The notes under the pieces were generated by a model. It saw only the letters and a program-made list of their open reading frames with translations, was not told where the DNA came from and did not search any database. Shown one piece after another: positions 61,401 through 64,000 of a DNA stretch of 64,000 nucleotides; positions within the stretch are counted from its first letter, which is position 1, and each line of letters begins with the position of its first letter. The translations under genes and the position numbers were made by a program. This DNA comes from Stellaceae bacterium. GTDB taxonomy: Bacteria; Pseudomonadota; Alphaproteobacteria; ATCC43930; CGMCC-115725. Location: assembly GCA_036008175.1 (NCBI GenBank), contig DASYOB010000098.1, positions 4,343 to 68,342 on the forward strand. The letters are read 5' to 3'.

Positions 61401-61650
61401 AGCGGTCGATGACGGTCGAGAACAACGCCGCGAACGGGATCGAGACCACCGCGAAGAGGACATAATAAAACGGCATGCCCTGAGCGCCGATGCGCGCCAG
61501 GAACAACGACGCTACCAGCGTCGAGGCATAGACGTTCTGGACCGCGATCAGAAACGCCAGGACGACAAACAGGCCGGGCCGGCTCGCCAGAAAGCTCAGC
61601 GGAGCGTTGAATGCACGCGTCGCCTGCGCGATCACCAAGGCTTCTCCCAC
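58495..61650 (-). CDS. Fusion protein: TLC/Npt-like (MFS-type) transporter domain, HEAT repeats, cyclic nucleotide-binding domain
   Basis: 1051-aa uninterrupted ORF. 11-12 TM helices (residues ~20-415) with YYILFADYFTVTNTKRYAGRLAL. About 8 HEAT-like repeats (DPSPEVRQAAAEALG etc.). C-terminal cNMP cassette GDFFGEMALFDDEPRSATVTAV. Confidence 0.85.
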   Translation of the reverse strand: MGEALVIAQATRAFNAPLSFLASRPGLFVVLAFLIAVQNVYASTLVASLFLARIGAQGMPFYYVLFAVVSIPFAALFSTVIDRFPRPLLFQNMLGAFTIITIVLVFVLLLGNVWSYVAFLAVRVFEHMIISIYYILFADYFTVTNTKRYAGRLALGMAVGGLTGGALLTAVTGFGGPIIAASVTPALVAAVLVFGGWLTRREHPLDASAPASREGVIESLRILPRLLRRYPLIALMSAAMFLNVLLQCVAEFLAFSIYTIHFPRVEDLAVFLGLVNAGLNVLAFLVIVVFTDRQLPRLGVPKMNRVYPALDVLTFGVLTISPSLPAGILANVSYDPFERGIDVPVATMNYNAIRYRFVGRVRVFIDGMIFPLGLASAGLLLMAFQGRLELRAIAAFGLGLSFVLFVLHWNIGKEYVRGLIEMLRDGAVELDDVESGLRVPPEHVEEIRAMLAGDPRTALMGLQMAARCEGEVPSAEIATALAKIPMLQARGVLAQFAEGGKPGNRAILESLSETGPPSVRQLAWQRIFSAEDPAAADRATQLLADPDEGVRCAAAARVLIDNPADQPAGGVLRQTLSLDAALGAIEVLRHGHGPALVPILAAIGEHPAPAVRAAALAAAGAQATDNPAVLDWARRAGWDLEPSIRQAAVTVLARLAPEDQLAELAQKGLGDPSPEVRQAAAEALGARGDEAAAAICLQLHHEREEVRLAAIDALGLAKGAAASDRLFDELNHGLFATIAFNQHLARSFPREHPGWPAIRAALDNARRRTLRLVLHALDALGHHRTLSLVRLMMTSPEERSRANAIESLASLPHRRFVIPILPLIEDGDAGKAPPGARKSDPAPLLRDAMGSPDPWLRAAAAVAWHAETGKIDDGLLQDPSPVVAETARLLTERPSGRCPYAREALMSRLAFLHDVPLFAEASLDDLIAVDHALGSETYLAGEPIVTEGETGDRLCIVHRGEVLVRKGGRVLARLATGDFFGEMALFDDEPRSATVTAVDEVEVLVLQRDRFHSLVQQRPSVLMQLCTTLVRRLRQAEQEALATAPLLQPAR

Positions 61651-61814
61651 CCCTTCGCCAGAGCGCCCAATCTAGCGCAACCGCGCGATCCAGGGGCGGT
61701 CAATAACCGGCCGCCGTTGTGGCAACGTCAGGGCGGGGAATGTGGCGCGTTCGCATGCGGGCCGCTAACATCGCACCCTCGATTTTGTGATGATCACTTC
61801 GATGAGGTTCCCCG

Positions 61815-62420
61815 ATGAAACTCCGCCACGCCGCCGGATCTCCCTTCGTGCGCAAGGTCATGGTCATCGCGCACGACCTCGGCCTTGTCGGCCGCATCGA
61901 GCTGTTGCCGACCACGGTCAGCCCGGTGCAGGCGAACGACAACCTGGCGGCCGAGAACCCGCTGATGAAGGTGCCGAGCCTGGTGACCGATGACGGGCAG
62001 GTGCTGTTCGACTCTCCGGTCATTTGCGAATACCTCGACAGCCTCACCAGCAGCCACAAATTCTTTCCGGCTCCCGGTTCCTCGCGATGGACCGCGCTGC
62101 GTCAGCAGGCGCTTGGCGACGGCGTGCTCGATGCGCTGATTTTGTGCCGCTACGAGACCACCCGGCCGGAGGAAAAGCGTTGGAGCGGCTGGACCGACGG
62201 CCAGATGAAGAAAGCGCATCAGGGGATCGCCGCGGCCGAACGCGAGGAGTTGTCGGGCTTGCGCACGATCGGCCATGTCACGATCGCCTGCATGCTCGGC
62301 TACCTCGATTTCCGCTTTCCGGACGACGGCTGGCGCAACCGCCACCCGAAGCTCGCGGCGTGGTACAAGGAAATCGTACAGCTGCCCTCGATGCAGGCGA
62401 CAAAGCCGCCGGCGGCATAG
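61815..62420 (+). CDS. Glutathione S-transferase family protein
   Basis: 201 aa. SPFVRKVMV...NPLMKVPSLVTDDGQVLFDSPVICEYL thioredoxin-like N-domain. Confidence 0.85.
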   Translation: MKLRHAAGSPFVRKVMVIAHDLGLVGRIELLPTTVSPVQANDNLAAENPLMKVPSLVTDDGQVLFDSPVICEYLDSLTSSHKFFPAPGSSRWTALRQQALGDGVLDALILCRYETTRPEEKRWSGWTDGQMKKAHQGIAAAEREELSGLRTIGHVTIACMLGYLDFRFPDDGWRNRHPKLAAWYKEIVQLPSMQATKPPAA

Positions 62421-62429
62421 CAGATTTCG

Positions 62430-62975
62430 CTAGAGGAGGGTGCCGGTCATCTCGCCGGCATAGACGATCCTGCCGTCCGGCTGCGGCTGCGCGCCCGGCG
62501 TCAGCCGCGCCGGCTCGATCTTGCCTAGACCCATGATGTGGCCGACCGGGATGCCCTCGGCCAGCAGGTAGTCGGCCACGAGCCGGCGATGGCAACGCCA
62601 CCACACCGCCTCGGCGCACATGATCGCGCAGCGATGCTCATCGGCCAGCGCGCGCAACTCCGCGAGCCCGGCACGAAACGGCTCGGTCATCGCGTAATCG
62701 GCGTAATTGCGGAAGGCGTCGTTGCGCCACAACGTGTTCGGCGACTGGGGCGCGCCTTTCGGGTCATGCCGCAACCCGCCGAGCGCCCGGATGTGACGAT
62801 AACCGATGCCGGCCGCTGCGAGCGCCTGCGGCAGCGTGTCGGTGTTGAATTGCGGGTTGGTGCGCGAGCGCGGCACCGAACGCACATCGACGAGCAGATC
62901 GACCCCCGCCTCTCGCAGCAGGTCGATAAGCTCGGCGGTCGTTCGCGTCGAATGGCCGATCGTGAAGATGGTCAT
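62430..62975 (-). CDS. DUF488 domain-containing protein
   Basis: 181 aa. IFTIGHSTR...LLVDVRSVPRSR...IMCAEAVWWRCHRRLVADYL. Confidence 0.85.
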   Translation of the reverse strand: MTIFTIGHSTRTTAELIDLLREAGVDLLVDVRSVPRSRTNPQFNTDTLPQALAAAGIGYRHIRALGGLRHDPKGAPQSPNTLWRNDAFRNYADYAMTEPFRAGLAELRALADEHRCAIMCAEAVWWRCHRRLVADYLLAEGIPVGHIMGLGKIEPARLTPGAQPQPDGRIVYAGEMTGTLL

Positions 62976-63068
62976 CTGTCATTGCGAGCGCAGCGAAGCA
63001 ATCTCGTGCCCATCGCGCTTCGACCCAATCGAGATTGCTTCGTCGGCTAATGGCTCCTTGCTGTGACA
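62976..63068. repeat. REP-like imperfect palindromic intergenic element
   Basis: TGTCATTGCGAGCGCAGCGAAGCAATCTCG - 23 nt - CGAGATTGCTTCG...TGCTGTGACA. Perfect 13-bp inner stem (62994-63006 / 63030-63042) and a decayed outer stem. From memory, this motif family is common in Bradyrhizobiaceae-type genomes. Confidence 0.6.
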
Positions 63069-63073
63069 GCGGG

Positions 63074-63796
63074 CTAATACATGTGCTGGCCGCCATTGAC
63101 CGACAGGGTCGAGCCGGTGATGAAATCGGCCTCGTCGGCCACCAGGAACAACACGGTGCGGGCGATGTCCTCGGCCTTGCCGAGGCGGCCGACCGGGATG
63201 CGCGCGACGATCTTTTCCAGCACCTCCGCCGGCACCGCGCGGACCATCTCGGTATCGACATAGCCGGGCGCGACGGCGTTGACGGTGATCCCGCGCGACG
63301 CGCATTCCTGCGCCAGCGCCTTGGTGAAGCCGTGGATGCCGGATTTGGCGGCGGCGTAGTTCACCTGGCCGTACTGCCCGGCCTGGCCGTTGATCGAGCC
63401 GATATTGACGATGCGGCCGAAACGGCGGTCGCGCATGCCCTCGATGACCACCCTCGACATGTTGAAGCACGAGGCGAGATTGGTCTGGATGACCGCGTTC
63501 CAGTGCTCGAAGCTCATCCGGTGGATGGTCGTGTCGCGGGTGATCCCGGCATTGTTGACGACCACCTCGATCGGGCCGAGCTGGGCCTCAATCGCTTTCA
63601 CGCCTTCCACGCAGGCGTCGAAATCGGAAACATCGAATTTGTAAACCGGGATGCCGGTCTCGGCGCTGAACTCCTTTGCCGAAGCATCGTTGTGGCCGTA
63701 ATTCGCTGCGACGCTGTATCCGGCATCCTTCAACGCGACTGAGATGGCGCGGCCGATGCCGCGCGTCCCGCCGGTGACCACCGCCACCCTCGCCAT
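63074..63796 (-). CDS. phaB: Acetoacetyl-CoA reductase
   Basis: 240 aa. VAVVTGGTRGIG...NAGITRD...YAAAKSG...STLSVNGGQHMY, typical PhaB/PhbB SDR. Confidence 0.95.
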   Translation of the reverse strand: MARVAVVTGGTRGIGRAISVALKDAGYSVAANYGHNDASAKEFSAETGIPVYKFDVSDFDACVEGVKAIEAQLGPIEVVVNNAGITRDTTIHRMSFEHWNAVIQTNLASCFNMSRVVIEGMRDRRFGRIVNIGSINGQAGQYGQVNYAAAKSGIHGFTKALAQECASRGITVNAVAPGYVDTEMVRAVPAEVLEKIVARIPVGRLGKAEDIARTVLFLVADEADFITGSTLSVNGGQHMY

Positions 63797-63820
63797 GGTG
63801 TTCCTCCCATTCTCGCTTCG

Positions 63821-63877
63821 TCACCCGCGGGCTTGACCCGCGGGCCTATAGATGGCCGGGTCAAGCCCGGCCATGAC
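63821..63877. repeat. Pair of inverted GC-rich hairpin repeats between phaA and phaB
   Basis: CCCGCGGG-CTTGA-CCCGCGGG (63824-63844) and ATGGCCGGG-TCAAG-CCCGGCCAT (63852-63874). The loops are reverse complements of each other, so these are two inverted copies of one motif. Confidence 0.55.
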
Positions 63878-63895
63878 GTAACCGAAAAGTTCGGG

Positions 63896-64000
63896 CTAAT
63901 CGCGCGCGACGCACATCGCAATCCCCATGCCGCCGCCTATGCACAACGTCGCCAGACCCTTTTTTGCGTCGCGCTTCTGCATCTCGTAGAGCAGCGTCAC
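63896..64000 (-). CDS. phaA: Acetyl-CoA acetyltransferase, 3' end only (continues past the right edge)
   Basis: The reverse complement translates to [34 protein letters not shown]-stop, the conserved thiolase C-terminus. Located upstream of phaB. Confidence 0.85.
   Translation of the reverse strand: MTLLYEMQKRDAKKGLATLCIGGGMGIAMCVARD

Overview
64-kb window of high-GC (~65-68% by eye) chromosomal DNA that looks like core genome of an alphaproteobacterium, probably Hyphomicrobiales/Bradyrhizobiaceae-like. That guess rests on gene order (coxBAEFGC-type aa3 oxidase operon with DUF983 and SURF1; msbA-DUF374-waaA-lpxK-lpxL; pcm next to tolC; plant-type gshA) and on intergenic palindromes of the GTCATTGCGAGCG...GAAGCAATC and ATGGCCGGG-N5-CCCGGCCAT types. 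All homology calls come from reading the supplied translations by eye; nothing was searched. I support about 60 protein genes: housekeeping (smpB, dapA, folK, tldD, pmbA, gshA, rsmE, ubiA, ubiD), envelope (tolC, slt, lipid A/Kdo genes), respiration (ctaCDB-coxF-ctaGE), an EmrAB-like efflux pair, a polyamine cluster (ODC, agmatinase-family, GNAT), acyl-CoA/PHB genes and a two-gene signalling module. I found no rRNA, tRNA, CRISPR array, transposase, integrase or recognisable defence island, so this is mostly an ordinary region. The observations most worth a second look are: (1) a 1051-aa fusion of a TLC/Npt-like transporter, HEAT repeats and a cNMP-binding domain; (2) a histidine kinase with a pseudo-receiver, followed by a hybrid-kinase-like protein whose H-box, ATP-binding boxes, receiver Lys and HPt His all appear substituted; (3) a long structured leader with a 16-codon uORF and an SD-sequestering hairpin upstream of ornithine decarboxylase (candidate speF-type leader); (4) a low-GC3 methyltransferase gene bracketed by 23-bp imperfect inverted repeats; (5) tandem TolC paralogues sharing a ~95% identical block, one of them 3'-truncated. 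None of these is demonstrably novel from sequence alone.
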